A DNA stretch of 64,000 bases, from the NCBI GenBank assembly GCA_001949185.1, contig BDGG01000001.1:2187324-2251323 (forward strand), read 5' to 3'. This document shows positions 1 to 14,893 of this stretch, one piece after another. The position numbers and the translations under genes were made by a program. The DNA comes from Ramazzottius varieornatus. Taxonomy: Eukaryota > Animalia > Tardigrada. The notes beneath the pieces were generated by a model. The model made no database searches. It worked only from the letters and a program-made list of their open reading frames with translations, and was not told the origin of the DNA. Numbering within the stretch: the first letter of the stretch is position 1; every line of letters starts with the position of its first letter.

Positions 1-3000
1 GAAGGTCGCGACTCGATGTGCACCAGGTTGACTTCATGTTGCTATAAGGCAGAAAGTTTCATCGTTTTTCTATCTAGATAGATCAATCCAGAATCTGGTG
101 AAGAAATATGAGCATAAATAAACGAAACAAAAATCTACACAAATTAGTTTGAATAAACCTTTGAAAAAGTTTAGTGTTATGCTGGCACAAAAGTTTGATG
201 AAAACTGTGCGTAGGTCGAAATAAGGGGCGAATGAAGCTGGAGGTTTTCATGCCAGTTTGTATATACGAGCACGAACCTCGAAGAGCTTCAGCGCCTGTG
301 ATAAGGCTCCCACACGTTCCTTCAACGAGAAGACGATCGATGCATCGCTCCGTAGCGCTCTTTCCGGGCTCTATGAAAGTATGAGAAAATATACTGTATA
401 AATCATCGACGACCACATCTGACATCATCTTGATATCCACCTATACATAGTCCCCCTACTGTACCAACGTGCGTCTATATATGTGGACAGACATTGCCTT
501 CCTTAGTCGTCACCTTTCCTGCTTTCATTCAACCATGAGCTGCGTTTACCATCCCTACAACTTTTTTGAGCGAAGGTCGCAAGTGCTGAATGAGAATGAT
601 GGCAAAGTGTGAGATCAAAGGACCCATGCTCGCATATATATCATGTGAGGTACGTACTGCGCTGGCCTCCTCAACTTTTAGTCGTTGGACCCAAAGCTTG
701 GGTTGGTTTCTTCCCTGACTTCGTACTTCCGAAAGCTGAAACGTCAACAGGCTGATGTGAAACGGCACTAAATTTCATCAGCCACCAAACCCGCGACGTA
801 AACCAGATGACCAGCGATAAGATGTAATTGAGAAGAAGAATTTGCCGATCATATCGATGCCTGCTATCGGGGTGCACACAGTACGTCGTGGTCGTCGTCT
901 TTCAACTTTCTGGCAAAACAAATGCCGCATAATCATAACAGTTTTCGCCGGAAAACTCTTCAATACCTGACAAATTAGTTTCGGCGAGCGAATGGATATG
1001 CCTCCTATTTCTAGAGCCTTGACAACCTCAAGACTTCCTAATACAGTATATACAGGTACCTGCCCATTGATAAAAAAATTCTCGATGCCTTCAACCTTTC
1101 CATGGGTTCTTGGGTTTCTCAACTCAACAAAATGTCAAACCCTGCAAAAAGCATTTGGGCCCACTAGCAAGCCAAAGAACGTTCCAACTGTGATGACATC
1201 GAAATGAGGGAGAGCGCATAAAGCAGGTCTTGTACAAAGACTGACTGTATATACCTGCATCCGACTGCCCGCTCGACTTCCTCCTCGGCTCGAATGGCCA
1301 CCTCGAGATATTTGAGACTCGAAGCGGCGATACTGCTGCTTCGGAGCTCCGCCATTCAGCATCCCATCCTTCTCGGCCATTTGAACCTGCTTGACCACCG
1401 CAGGCAACAATCCATCAGTCTGATCTGTCATCCTCTGGCACTTCTGTCGATAAATCAGCGCCTGTTGATTACACTCAAGCTCTCGCAACTTTCTCAAACA
1501 AGAATACGATGAGAAACTGGCAAGCCAGAATGTAACAGTCTTCCGTGAAAATTCGCATATAAGAGTTCGTTAACTGACCATGTGCTCGCGGTGGCCTTCT
1601 TATGTACCTCGTGAGGCATATATATATATCTGATAAGGAAGCGGCTGAGTCGCTTGTTTGTTAGTGGCTGAAGAGAAAGGCGTGTTGCGTTCTTCCATCG
1701 GTCCCCGGGTTTTGATTCCAGCCCATCGCCAACCTTATCGTTCCTTCCTATCGCACGATTTCAGTCACAAGATTCCAGAAGAAGAACGGACATGAGATCT
1801 TGATCGACGCCTGCAGGGTTGACTATCATTGATGGGCTTGCGTACGCGCGGGAAGGAAATTAGCTGTCATAAGCTGGGAGAAGATTGCCTGGAAATGTAA
1901 AACGATACGCGTGATAGCCGACCTTGACAGTTGCTGCCACAGCGCTTCCTATTGTCCCTGGAGAAGAAGTCACGTACACAGAGATTCGCTCTCAATGCGT
2001 CCAAAACCACGTCATTGCTACAAGAGAACGAGAGAAAATACTGTAATGCTTCTTGAACTTCGCGAATTAACGTCGTAAACAGCGTAGAGTTTACGGGTAT
2101 GATGACGCGCGTACAGCACATACTTATCATGGCGTACTTCGCCGAGCTCAAGAAGCATTACAGTAATTTCATTATAGGATGCTGCGCAGGGAAGAATTTG
2201 AGAAAGCGGAGTAATTGGTTATGAACAACTGCAAGCTGACGATGAGGCGGAACGTAGCTGGTGGTGGGGATATCGCCATACCGGTAATTGACTAACAGAA
2301 CAATGAGTTGACGTTTTTCGTCCCAACTTAATCAGAGCAAGGGGCCACGCCGAAGTAAGCGTGTAACTGACCGGAAATAAACAAACTGATGATGGTTGAC
2401 TGTTTTTTCCCATCGTGAAACTTTCAAGGCACACCGACACAAAATGAATCTCCACATGTGTTATGGTCAGTATTTTACAGTTTTATAGACAGCTTACCGG
2501 TAGAAGTTCTCCCGGCATGTCTGCTGGGGGTATCCGCTATGTCAAGTTAGCTCGGTCAAACTCGCTGGTTCATATCGGAAGGTAGATGCGAGGCCGTGAA
2601 GGACAAGAAATTCTCCGCAGTCTAGTTTCAAGCAAAAGATAGGCAAGACGACGTCAAAATCGAAAGTTAGGAGCTGTGATCTTTCGAAATTCAGACAACG
2701 ATCACAGATCCAACAAGAGGAATGCGCCAGAAGAGGAATGCCGCCCTGACAGGTCGGTCACCATGTAGCCACTGCCCACCGGGTCAGTGAGACACAGAAT
2801 GGCTCAGCACAAACATCGTCTTTGACTAACTTAAATTGGCAGGTCTACATACTCTACATCTGGGTGAGTTATCCGACACACGCTGCTACTTTACCAGCTG
2901 ATCCTTCAAGCGCTCTCTCTAAGTTTTGCGCTCTAACGCTAAGTTTTGATCTTCCCTTCGAGGCTTCGACACGTTCTCGCCTTTCGGCAACGTCTTACAA

Positions 3001-3094
3001 GCAGTCTTGTTTTGTGCTGTGATACCTTGAGCTTTGAACAATTTGTCGAATGGTTGAGGATCGCACGCGACGCTGAATCTGAACGACGAGAAGT

Positions 3095-5544
<2,450 letters not shown>

Positions 5545-5796
5545 AAGGTTCAGTTAGGCTGCTGCTTCTACAGTTTTATTCCATTGGGGTGAGTGCTCAA
5601 ATCTGTAAGCCTCTTACCTTGGGGCACAAGAAAATTTAGATTTGGAGTTTTAGTTTTATTTCGGGCGGTTCTTGCCAACCGGTGCGCCATATTTGCCAGG
5701 CTTGTTCGAAGAAAGGCTGTGATTCGATCAAGATCAAAGGCTAATCTAGTGCTACAGTAACATTTTATCAAAGCGTTAAAGCTCGAAACGAAAACT

Positions 5797-7598
5797 CTAA
5801 GCTTGTCCGTTTGTCCTAGAAGTCCAGATAGCCTGTCCTGGCTGCCCTCCCGGTCTGTACACACCTAAAGCAGCAACTACTGAGCCTTCCTGAAGATTTT
5901 AGTAAACCGAGGTGTCTGCCGTGTGACGGTCGAAAATCCCTTACACATGTTTCCGTCGTCCTACGAAAGGATACAGATATTGGATATTTGGAGCTTATTG
6001 TCAGGGTTTCACGCCCTACATGTAGACCAGCAAACCTAGCTCTTACTTGCAGCCTGACGCATGCTCCAGTATTCCCATGGGTGTTTGAGGCCCAGATGGG
6101 CGTCCCGTACACATCATGGATGACCTGATCGAGAAACGTAGAGACTTGATACGAAATAAAAAACCAATAAAAGTTTTTCGAAAGAAATTGCTTGATTTGG
6201 CTTCGATCTTACCAAGTTTCCGTCATGCTGCATGATGGCTTCTCGGACTTGTCGTCCATGTGTGTTCGAGGCCCTGTGAAGTCACATGAACTCAATCTGT
6301 TCGAAGTCCGAGCTCGGAAACAATGTGGGCCTCGGCAAATGACTTGAAAATGACGCGTTTTCCAGAATGGCGCATATTTTCGCCCAATAACAATGAGAAC
6401 GTGAGCCACTCGACGTTTCATTTGATGTTGATTTTCGGATGAGGTTTTTCCTACCAGAGAGGATGCCCGTCTCGAGTTCGGTACAAGACCAAGTTCCCAT
6501 CAGTCTGAAAATATGAGAAGAACCACACTCCAGTACGGCGTTCAGACGAGTTTGATAAGCTCGTTGTGACGCGATATGAGTGAGCGAACCTGCATGATAA
6601 GGTCGATGTTTCCCCTGGGCGAATGGATGGATCGGCCAGGCAGCAACATTTCGCCGGAATACAAGTGGCCTGGAACAAACGAAGCAGAGCATGATTGTGA
6701 AGCAAACTAGACGACGATTAAGAATGCAGCATGGCTATCTTGTTTGCTGATAAGGAAGTCGGAGGATAGACTGTTCGAACAAATTTGAGCAAATGTCTGG
6801 GCAAGATTGTTGAGTTGGCACTGCGAAGAATGTAAGCGATATGACTTACACTGATCGTGTTCCGGACACTGGCCATTAGTGTTCGAAGCCTGTCAACAAG
6901 AACAGTTAAGCCAACCTACGCAATGGCACGACATAACAATTCCGCCTTCTTTCCTACGGTAGAATAAAGTCACATACCCAGACAGGCGATCGCGATGAAT
7001 TGTATAGAACCAGGTTGCCGTCATTCTGCAGGGTGCAGTAGCAACCGTGATTACCGTGGGTGTTGGAGGCCTAAAATACCATGGTGTGGACTTTTCTGGA
7101 CTAAAGATAAGAAAGGCCGTTTGCCGAAAGTGATAGAAATCCTTACCCAGATCGGTTGTCCTCGCCCATACATAACCAGATTACCGTCGTCTACACAGGG
7201 GAGACAATCGTTAACAAGTATGAGAAACTGGCGGCGTCTTCTTACGCTGCATGATGACTTGATCGGCCTGTCGACCATTAGTGTTGCTGGCCTGGAAGGA
7301 GACAACCTTATCCTATATGGGCGGGATGGATGGACGGTATCAAACATGGCTGGAAGAGACTAACCCAAAGAGGCGTCAAATCTTTACGACGGTACAGCAC
7401 CAAATTTCCGTCATCTTGCAAGACCAGTTCAACGGCGCGGTTTTGTGAGTACAAGCGTTGTCCGCGAATCAGCTGCTCATTGGCGTGAAGGCAGTCTGGA
7501 GGAGATGATTGCAGTTAGCCGCATCTACCCACTTCCGGTCGGGCTTCGATAGGTCTTACAGAGTTGTCAGTAGAAGAGCACTTACCTCGGCCGGCCAT
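5797..7598 (-). CDS. Tandem two-domain bulb-type (B-type, GNA-like) mannose-binding lectin, 11 exons, no signal peptide
   Basis: Hand-spliced GT-AG exons give a continuous frame: MAGRDCLHANEQLIRGQRLYSQNRAVELVLQDDGNLVLYRRKDLTPLW|ASNTNGRQADQVIMQHDGNLVMYGRGQPIW|ASNTHGNHGCYCTLQNDGNLVLYNSSRSPVW|ASNTNGQCPEHDQCHLYSGEMLLPGRSIHSPRGNIDLIMQTDGNLVLYRTRDGHPLWASNTHGRQVREAIMQHDGNLVIHDVYGTPIWASNTHGNTGACVRLQDDGNMCVYRPGGQPGQAIWTSRTNGQA*. It has six QxDxNxVxY-type motifs. Confidence 0.88.
6363..6413. repeat. Intronic 27-nt-spacer palindrome, family A (degenerate copy, lectin intron)
   Basis: cagaatggcgca-N27-tgagccactcga. Confidence 0.6.
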
Positions 7599-7986
7599 GG
7601 TGTCGAACTACCGCTAGTTTGCGGACTTCGACGATGCTCTGTCAGGGCGGTTGCGACAGGACCAAGTTGGTACAGCGTACTGTGGCGACTCAGGCGAGAC
7701 AAACAGCTAGAACACTACAAAACGATCCGATACTTGTATGCACACTTTTTGAGTCTTGTTCAAATGGTTACCTGGCGTTTACGACCCTCCGGTATGCGGA
7801 TCGCTGGCTGATGAGTCAAAGGGATAGTCCGTGTTGCGTCAACTACAAAAGACGTGATAAGCGAAAAGTTATCTGGCTGTTCGGAACAAAGTCCAGCAGT
7901 CTTCTGATGATTCTTCTTACAAAAGTCGGCAATCATCAGAAGCAAAACAATGGACAACACCTTTGACACCGCAAGGGGTTAAGAGT

Positions 7987-8252
7987 AGGCCTGCCATCCA
8001 CGGTCATCAGCAATCAATCGTTGAGCCATGCAAATTATTGCTTTCGGTTCGATCAAACAACGCACCGTTGTTGGCGTAATGTGGAGCCTATGACGATCTA
8101 GCCTGGGCGTTGTGTGCCCAGTCGAAAAGGCGGTTTTATTTTCTGTGGTCCACCTCGCGGTATAGCTACAGACGCTGCGTCATCTGATCGAACCGAAAGC
8201 AATAATTTGCATGGCTCAACGGTTGATCGTTGATGACCGTGGATGGCAGGCC
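7987..8252. mobile_element. Foldback/MITE-like element with ~80 bp terminal inverted repeats
   Basis: aggcctgccatccacggtcatc...gccatgcaaattattgctttcggttcgatca (7987-8055) is mirrored in reverse complement at ~8185-8252. Confidence 0.75.
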
Positions 8253-8310
8253 TGTGCTGGCTCCCGGTGCAGGCCTGCCTGGCTCCCGGTGCAGGCCTGC
8301 CTGGCTCCCG
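8247..8310 (+). repeat. ~21-22 bp tandem repeat, about 3 copies
   Basis: (caggcctgcctggctcccggtg)n abuts the right inverted repeat of the element at 7987-8252. Confidence 0.8.
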
Positions 8311-8483
8311 TAACAACCATGCTTATCTTGGCGGCCCAGAAGATTTCGGCTCATGTTCACGGCGCAGTCCAAACCCGAGCCAGACCGTCTTGCTCGTGTT
8401 GAGTCGGGTTGCCCTCACGTAGGAGGGGTTCGCCATTGGATACCCTAGTCGCCACTGTCCGCCTGAAACATCACTTCTTAGTT

Positions 8484-9110
8484 ATGGGTTCTATGCTTTC
8501 GTCCCACTCTGAGGCTCAGCCGAAGTTTCATGGACTGATCTTTGTGGATGGCGTTTTTCAGGGCAGAGGAACGATTCGGATAACGAACGAGGAGATCATT
8601 CTGAAGCAGGGAGGAGCAAAGCGAGTGTTCGAGATTCGTCATCTTCGTCGATATGGAGCAACGGCAGCAAACCAGTTCTTCTTTGAAGGTGGAAGAAGTT
8701 GTGGGGTAGGACCCAAGGAATTCATCATCTCTACAGACCAGGCAGGGGCTTTGTATCAACAGGTGGAATGCGCCAAGGAAGGGATGATGAGGACGGACGA
8801 GGAAACACGCCGGAAGGCAGCTTCCGCCCATCAGCTGATCGGCGCTAGTTATGGAAAACGGCCTGGTACCCTCACTTCCGGGATGCTTCTTTGTTCCTCG
8901 AAGACCCCAAAGGCTAAAGGTCCACCTCTGGAAGGAGGAAAGAAGTACTCTGTCGTGGAGATATACTCCGGAGTCTCTGGGAACAAGAGCTGTTCCGAAG
9001 GCGCTCTTCATAACATTCCTAAGCATAGTACTTTGTATCCATATGTAAACATCGATCGAGAAAGAACCGTAGCGTTGAACGCCACCCTGGCTAGTGTACA
9101 CCGATCGTGA
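8484..9110 (+). CDS. Intronless IRS-type PTB-domain adaptor (FRS2/Dok-like) with N-myristoylation motif
   Basis: The protein starts MGSMLS (G2/S6). LRRYGATAANQFFFEGGRSCGVGPKEFII matches the IRS-PTB consensus LRRYG...F.FE.GR.C..G.G.F. The C-terminus contains YVNI. Confidence 0.75.
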   Translation: MGSMLSSHSEAQPKFHGLIFVDGVFQGRGTIRITNEEIILKQGGAKRVFEIRHLRRYGATAANQFFFEGGRSCGVGPKEFIISTDQAGALYQQVECAKEGMMRTDEETRRKAASAHQLIGASYGKRPGTLTSGMLLCSSKTPKAKGPPLEGGKKYSVVEIYSGVSGNKSCSEGALHNIPKHSTLYPYVNIDRERTVALNATLASVHRS

Positions 9111-9572
9111 AGCTCTTCGCAACATTTGCTCTTGTCCAGATTTATTGTGGTTATTCTTTGTTCCTAGAAATGATGAGATTTGGGGTTGACTTCGGCACCC
9201 TACAAAATGGTTTCCATGACGCGCATTTCCGCTTGTAACAAGTACGCAGCTCCATCAATAAAAGCAGGAGCAACAAAATTCCTCACTTATACTCTGAAAT
9301 CCAACAAACACCAACCATTTTTTGCTGTGGAAATAAATTCGGAGCGTTCCTAAAAACCGTTGCTTCCGATCGAACTTCCTTGTTCGATATGCGACCTCCA
9401 CGACCAAAAGCACATCATGGCAACCACCTCCTAGTGATGGAGCTCTGATTATGTACTCAAGTGAGTCTGTCCCTCTTTTTACGACTCTCAAACGGTACTG
9501 TACCGTAGAAATACTTTCAATATTTTGCGTTTTTGCAGGTGTTTCTTTGTGACCGGAAGTGCTATATTCGTT

Positions 9573-12500
9573 ATGAAATCCGTTGGGAGTATAGCGTGTT
9601 GTTCTTGTTTTGTTATACTCTTTTGTCTTTCGCTATTGCCTTCTTCGATTTTCGTGGTGGCCATCTCAGACCAGGATGTACAGCTCCTCATTCCACCGAT
9701 CAACGCGACCTTTCCTGACTACCATTCCAACATTACTTACTCCAGCCCGGCACTGGTCACCAGCGTTACCAATGTCAGCATACTGCAGCACTGGTACCGG
9801 TGGGAACATATGTACATGGACTCTGTCCAGCCCATCAAACTCAACAGCGGTACGTACGCAATCAATTCTCATCTTGTTATCCTTGTTCCGATTTTCCTGA
9901 AGAAATATTAGAATTGGCGTTTCGTCTTGCAGATTTCATCCAAACAGTTATGGACAAGAAAGATATACTCATGAAGAATATGACGTTGATGCTGCAAGTT
10001 CTCAACACACCGGTAACTTCCTCCTCGATTTCGTAACGAAGTCATCGTTCGTTGTAAATTTCGTGTATCGAATAGATTCATGTTACCCAGTTGTTCTTCT
10101 CTAGCAATTGCGCGGTGTGCTTGGAATGGTTGTTATCGGGATACTCTACATCATAATGGTTCCACTGTGTGGTAAGACGCCCTTTCATTTTCGACTTTAT
10201 CAACTTGCTTATTGCTTGCTGGCTGGACTGATAAGCTTTTACTGTCTTAGGGATCCTATGGTGCATGTACAGATGTTGTTGTTACAAGAACCGGCAAAAG
10301 TTCGACCCGGAAGGATACAAGAAAAGGCGGCTTTGTCTCACTACCTTCACTTTAATATGGATAATACTGCTTCTGTAAGCTTTCCTGATACCTTCGCCGC
10401 GTCTTCTATAATATAATAAGTGGGGCGTTTCATTGCCGCTGTTTTCTTCGTTTTATAGTGCAGCAGCTATCATGTGTTATCTAGCTGGGGCCGACTTCAT
10501 GCGTTCGGCCAATCATGTCGATCCTGTCATAACAGCCGCCGTCCAAGATGTCGGCAACCTGACCGACGAAATAGCTAACGAAATCAAGTTCACAGTGAGG
10601 AGTGGTTACAACGAAACAGCATTGCAGCTGAAAGGCCAGCTAAGCAGTACGTACGAATATCTACAATTTTCCCCAAACACCAGTAATTCTTCGCATGTTG
10701 TGATAGTTTCTTGAACTCACGCCCTCGTATTCGGCTCCATATTTTCCAGGGGTAGGTGATCAGCTAGGCCAAGTTATAATAAAGGAGCTAACGGACAGCA
10801 AGGTCCTCGACGCTCTGAAAGGCCTTATAGATCTAGGAAGCTGTAAGTTCATCATGCGTTCGCGTAAATCTGTCACTCAAACTACCTGTTTCCATAACAG
10901 TGGTCCATATTCTTTTGTAGCTGCGAAGAATCTTTCGGGTGACATCAACTCTAGCAAATCTGCCTTGGACGCCCTGGTAAACCAGATTGTGATACTGCAG
11001 AGCAAGACCAACGACGTGTCCGTTGCGGCCAAAAACTGTGGGAATGCTTACGGGGACTGTCCGCCGACTAGCGATGCCCGGGACCAGCTAGCCGCGATGA
11101 CGTCGTATATGACTAGTATGGTCAACACTTTCACAAGCGTAAGTTCGCGGCTTGAGTTGCTCATCATACTTTGTCAAGGTTCACGCTGGCCTTGAATTTT
11201 TTGCTTTTCATCTCGTTCGTAGTTACAAACTCAAATGCAAACCCCGATTGATCAAGTCAATGGCGCCCTCAATGCTGATTACACAGGAAAGGCTCAAGCT
11301 GGGTTGAACACGCTGATAAACATGTCGGCCATCATTATGGACAAGACTACGCCTTTGCGATCCCGTAAGTTGAGAACTTGGTATTGAGGTAACTGAAAGC
11401 CCGGTGAACAGCATTGGTTTCCCGAGTGGAGCAGGTTAATAGTTTTATTGGCTGAGATAGTGCGCCACTTGGGAAAAACTATGGTGTCGAGATCGCCGAA
11501 TGATCGCCTTAACCATCCCGAATTTTTTCGAGTGGTTCTTCTTGATACAAAATCTCTTTGCAGAGATTATTGCGAAGCTGGATGATGTACCGAAACAGTT
11601 CGAGCCAGTCTTGAGTCAGATCGACGGATACTTGGTACCAGTCCAGGAAATGTTTGCTAATCAACTAGCCTACATGCGCACCTTCACACCCTACATCAAC
11701 TCTTACGGCAAATACGGCGACATTGCCGTCATCGTCATCGCCACTTTTGTGCTGTTGATTGCCATCATGATGCTGCTGGGATGTGCGACAGGTGCCTGGT
11801 CGTTTGACAAAGCCGTCCCGCCAACTCAGCGCAAGGGCGCGGTCACCTGTGGGAACTTCTGTCTAATCTTGTGAGCGCGGTCAAATTTTTTCCACTGCCG
11901 TTTGCACTACGGGCACTGCTAAGTACTTAACTCTTCCTTCCCATTTCAGTGCAGTGGTCCTCATACTTCTCTTCGCCTGGATCTTCATGATCGTCACTAT
12001 GGTCTTCTTCGTGGGAGGAACCCAAGCAGACGCTTCCATATGCCCAGTTCTGCAAGGCGCACCGAATAACTTCACCATGCTGGACGACGTGCGTACTTCT
12101 GCAATATAATATTTCTCTAATCGTTTGTTATGTTTACTCCAGTTTTCTTTGAAACTGTCTGTACAGTTGCAAAAAAGTTTAATATTGTCTTGAGAATAAT
12201 TCGAAAAATTACTATTTTAGTTATAACTGAAAATCTCCAGGGAGTGTAGGTTGTAACGCCGGTGGACGAAATTCATCATGATGGTGCTTTATAGATCATT
12301 GATTTTATGGAGCAGCGGTTCAACGTGACCATGCCGGTCTTATTCGGCAAGAAGATTATGCCCGGGCAGCTCATGCTGAGTTGCATGAACGACCAGTCGC
12401 TTTTCGTCACTTTAGGCCTAGGCTCCCAGTTTAACATAACCCAGATTCGGGACCAGCTGTATTCGTTCAACATTTCCGGCCAGCTGAACTCACTGGATGC

Positions 12501-13922
12501 AAACCTGAACGACGTGGTCATCTACTCTAGCGCCACCGACACGCAATTCCAGAAGATCCTGACGGGTCTCAGCTTCGATTTCAACCCTTTCTACGCCCAG
12601 TTAGACGTACGATAGTCTATAGATCTTTCTGAGAGGGCTTTCTGAGGTGTCAGACCTGTTGAGCAATACTTACTGAGGCATGATCGTTACAGGTCAATGG
12701 GAACCCGCTTCCTTATGTACAACTGGGATGGTTCCGGGGGAACATCTCAGCGGCACGAGCCACTGCTCCGACTCCTCCGACGCCGGTAGACTACTTTGAC
12801 AACGTCCTTGCCAAGATCGACGCAGTAGAAGCGCAGATGCATGTTGTCGATGCGGGAAGGGTAGGTGGTGAATTTTATAATTATTGCATATTTTTGGTTA
12901 ACTTACTTTTTTGTATATAATATTGAAGTACTGTAAAAAACAAAATTGGTTTTCCCAAGTGGCGCACACGCGCAGCCAGTAACACTGAAGACGTCCGTCA
13001 CTTGGGAAAACGATTTTTCTGAGCTTATTCACCGAGGTCCTGTTTCTTATTGGCTGTTATTGAATGTTGGTTTGACAGACTTTTGTGAGCGCCAATATAT
13101 CTGTTCTGGCGACCTCGATGGTGTCCCTCAAGTTGGTAGCCATAAGCACGCAGAACATGGCCATCAATGGTCAGACCCGGATATCCAGTGGCGGAATGGG
13201 CGCCATAGTGAAACAGGTCGGTCTTCCATTCGTTCGTCCTGGAGGTCTCCGAATCGTTTTGACCGATTTTTGGGTACTTTTAGGCTGCCACACTGTTTGC
13301 TGCACGAACATTTAGCATTGTTGATCAGTTCCTGGATTACTTTGAAGGATCGGTCATGACGCAAGCCGGCAAGTGTCGACCAGCCTATGACGCTGTCCAG
13401 GGCATCGCTTCTCTATTCTGTGACGGCTTCATAAAACCACTGGTGAGCGATATCGCCGCGCGAAAATGGCTCTTCCTCTGGATTTCGTTCTTCTTTTTGT
13501 ACAGAATGGTTTCTGGTTCGCACTGGGTCTTGCCTTGGCGGTGTTTCTCTTCGTCTTATGCTGCAACTGTAGCTTAGCGCGGTACTACAAACGGGCAAAG
13601 GTCTCGGACACGAGGGAAACAAGGAGGTCTACATTCACCGAGTAAGAAACTGTCTTGACAAAAAGCACACCAAGCTGATAGCTGACATGGATCTTTTTGA
13701 CGCAATTTACAGGCGTCGGCTGCAGCTGATGAACATGAACAACCCAATAAGGTACAGTAATACTCTTTTAAGAGGTGAGATGTTCACCTCGAAGTTTAGG
13801 CTTGAGTTCTGCATGGGATGGCCGTCTAACTTTGGTTTGTTTTTTTCAGGAGAGCTCGAAAGGTGGGGGATGTTAGGCCGACAAGTGTTGAGTCGGCGTC
13901 CATGGTTGAAGAGGAAGGATAG
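9573..13922 (+). CDS. Prominin (CD133)-like pentaspan membrane glycoprotein, multi-exon
   Basis: Signal peptide; Cys-rich CGILWCMYRCCC after TM1; GNFCLILAVVLILLFAWIFMIVTMVFFVGG..ICP; KCRPAYDA...FCDGFIKPLNGFWFALG, a prominin C-terminal signature; many N-glycosylation sequons. Confidence 0.88.
11418..11476. repeat. Intronic 27-nt-spacer palindrome, family A (prominin intron)
   Basis: tttcccgagtggagca-N27-tgcgccacttgggaaa. Confidence 0.85.
12949..13011. repeat. Intronic 27-nt-spacer palindrome, family A (prominin intron)
   Basis: gttttcccaagtggcgca-N27-tccgtcacttgggaaaac. Confidence 0.85.
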
Positions 13923-14842
13923 ATATCTTTTGTATTACACTCCATAATATAAAAGTATCTCTTTCATGGTTTGAGCTGTTGCCGAAGGGCGTCACGAGGT
14001 GATAGTGCGGGATAGTCAGGCCTGTAAACTGGAGTGTTTTATAGGCCGAGTACCGTGGAGACCCATCGTAGAGACACCGTCGACCGCGTCCCATCGCATC
14101 TCAGATAGCGGTAAGGACCTCCCTTCATATTACTCCGACATTCCCTGAGATAGTTCCTCAAATCTTCGCCCAGAACTTGTATCGTGTCTCGTAAGATAAA
14201 CCCCCCTAATAACTTCTTTTACGCGAGCAGGAATACCTCCGTGCAAATCTGCCATAGCACCCTCACAGCATGTGAAAAACGACGGTAAGCAGATTTATCA
14301 ATGTAATTGAGACTTTACGCTAGCCTGCTGCCCAAGCTCCAACAAGTTAGCAAATTACAGTAGTTGGTGGAGATCATTTTTCAGTTGGTTATTTCTTTGA
14401 TAGGAAGGAAGCCATGGAGTCCGTAAGCTATAGCTGACTAGCTGTGGCTGTTGGTCTTTTCCAACAATCTCGATTCCGCTGTCTGCTTCCCCGGTTGCCG
14501 CTCTGGCCGGTCGGCATGTCGTCCACCCTCGTTCTTTCTTGTTCCCTTATTTGTGAGGTTCCATGTTTGTTTGTTATGTCATGCCTGTTACCTGTTAACG
14601 TTTCTGTTTTATTGCTCTGTGGTATCTCTCTCGGTCGGTTTTGTCCGCTACCGGATGTGTCGCACTGGTTGGTTTTATCTCGGCTGTTTTTTTGTAGAAT
14701 TGTTTTGCTCGAAGGAGCGTGTGGTTCTGCCCACATCGTTTTGCGTCAAGAATTTCTACAACCTGAATTCGCGTCCGTTCTGCATAGTATGGGGAATCTT
14801 GAATGCAGGGCGTCAACAGATGAATTCACCCTAATCGCTTCC

Positions 14843-14893
14843 CCAAGTGGCCTACGCTCTTGGCGAGTAATGATGGAAACCTGCGCCATTTGA
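14843..14893. repeat. 27-nt-spacer palindrome, family A (upstream of the LRR gene, probably a 5'-UTR intron)
   Basis: ccaagtggccta-N27-tgcgccatttga. Confidence 0.7.

Noticed and set aside
1-2460. Several minus-strand ORFs (177-440, 778-1122, 1135-1497, 1867-2151)
   Set aside because: I found no recognisable domain and could not build a consistent spliced model. It may be a decayed gene or TE.
7760-7969. Signal-peptide-like ORF upstream of the lectin
   Set aside because: There is no in-frame ATG (a stop lies just upstream). These are more likely 5'-UTR exons, and the accATGg at 7598 gives a complete frame.
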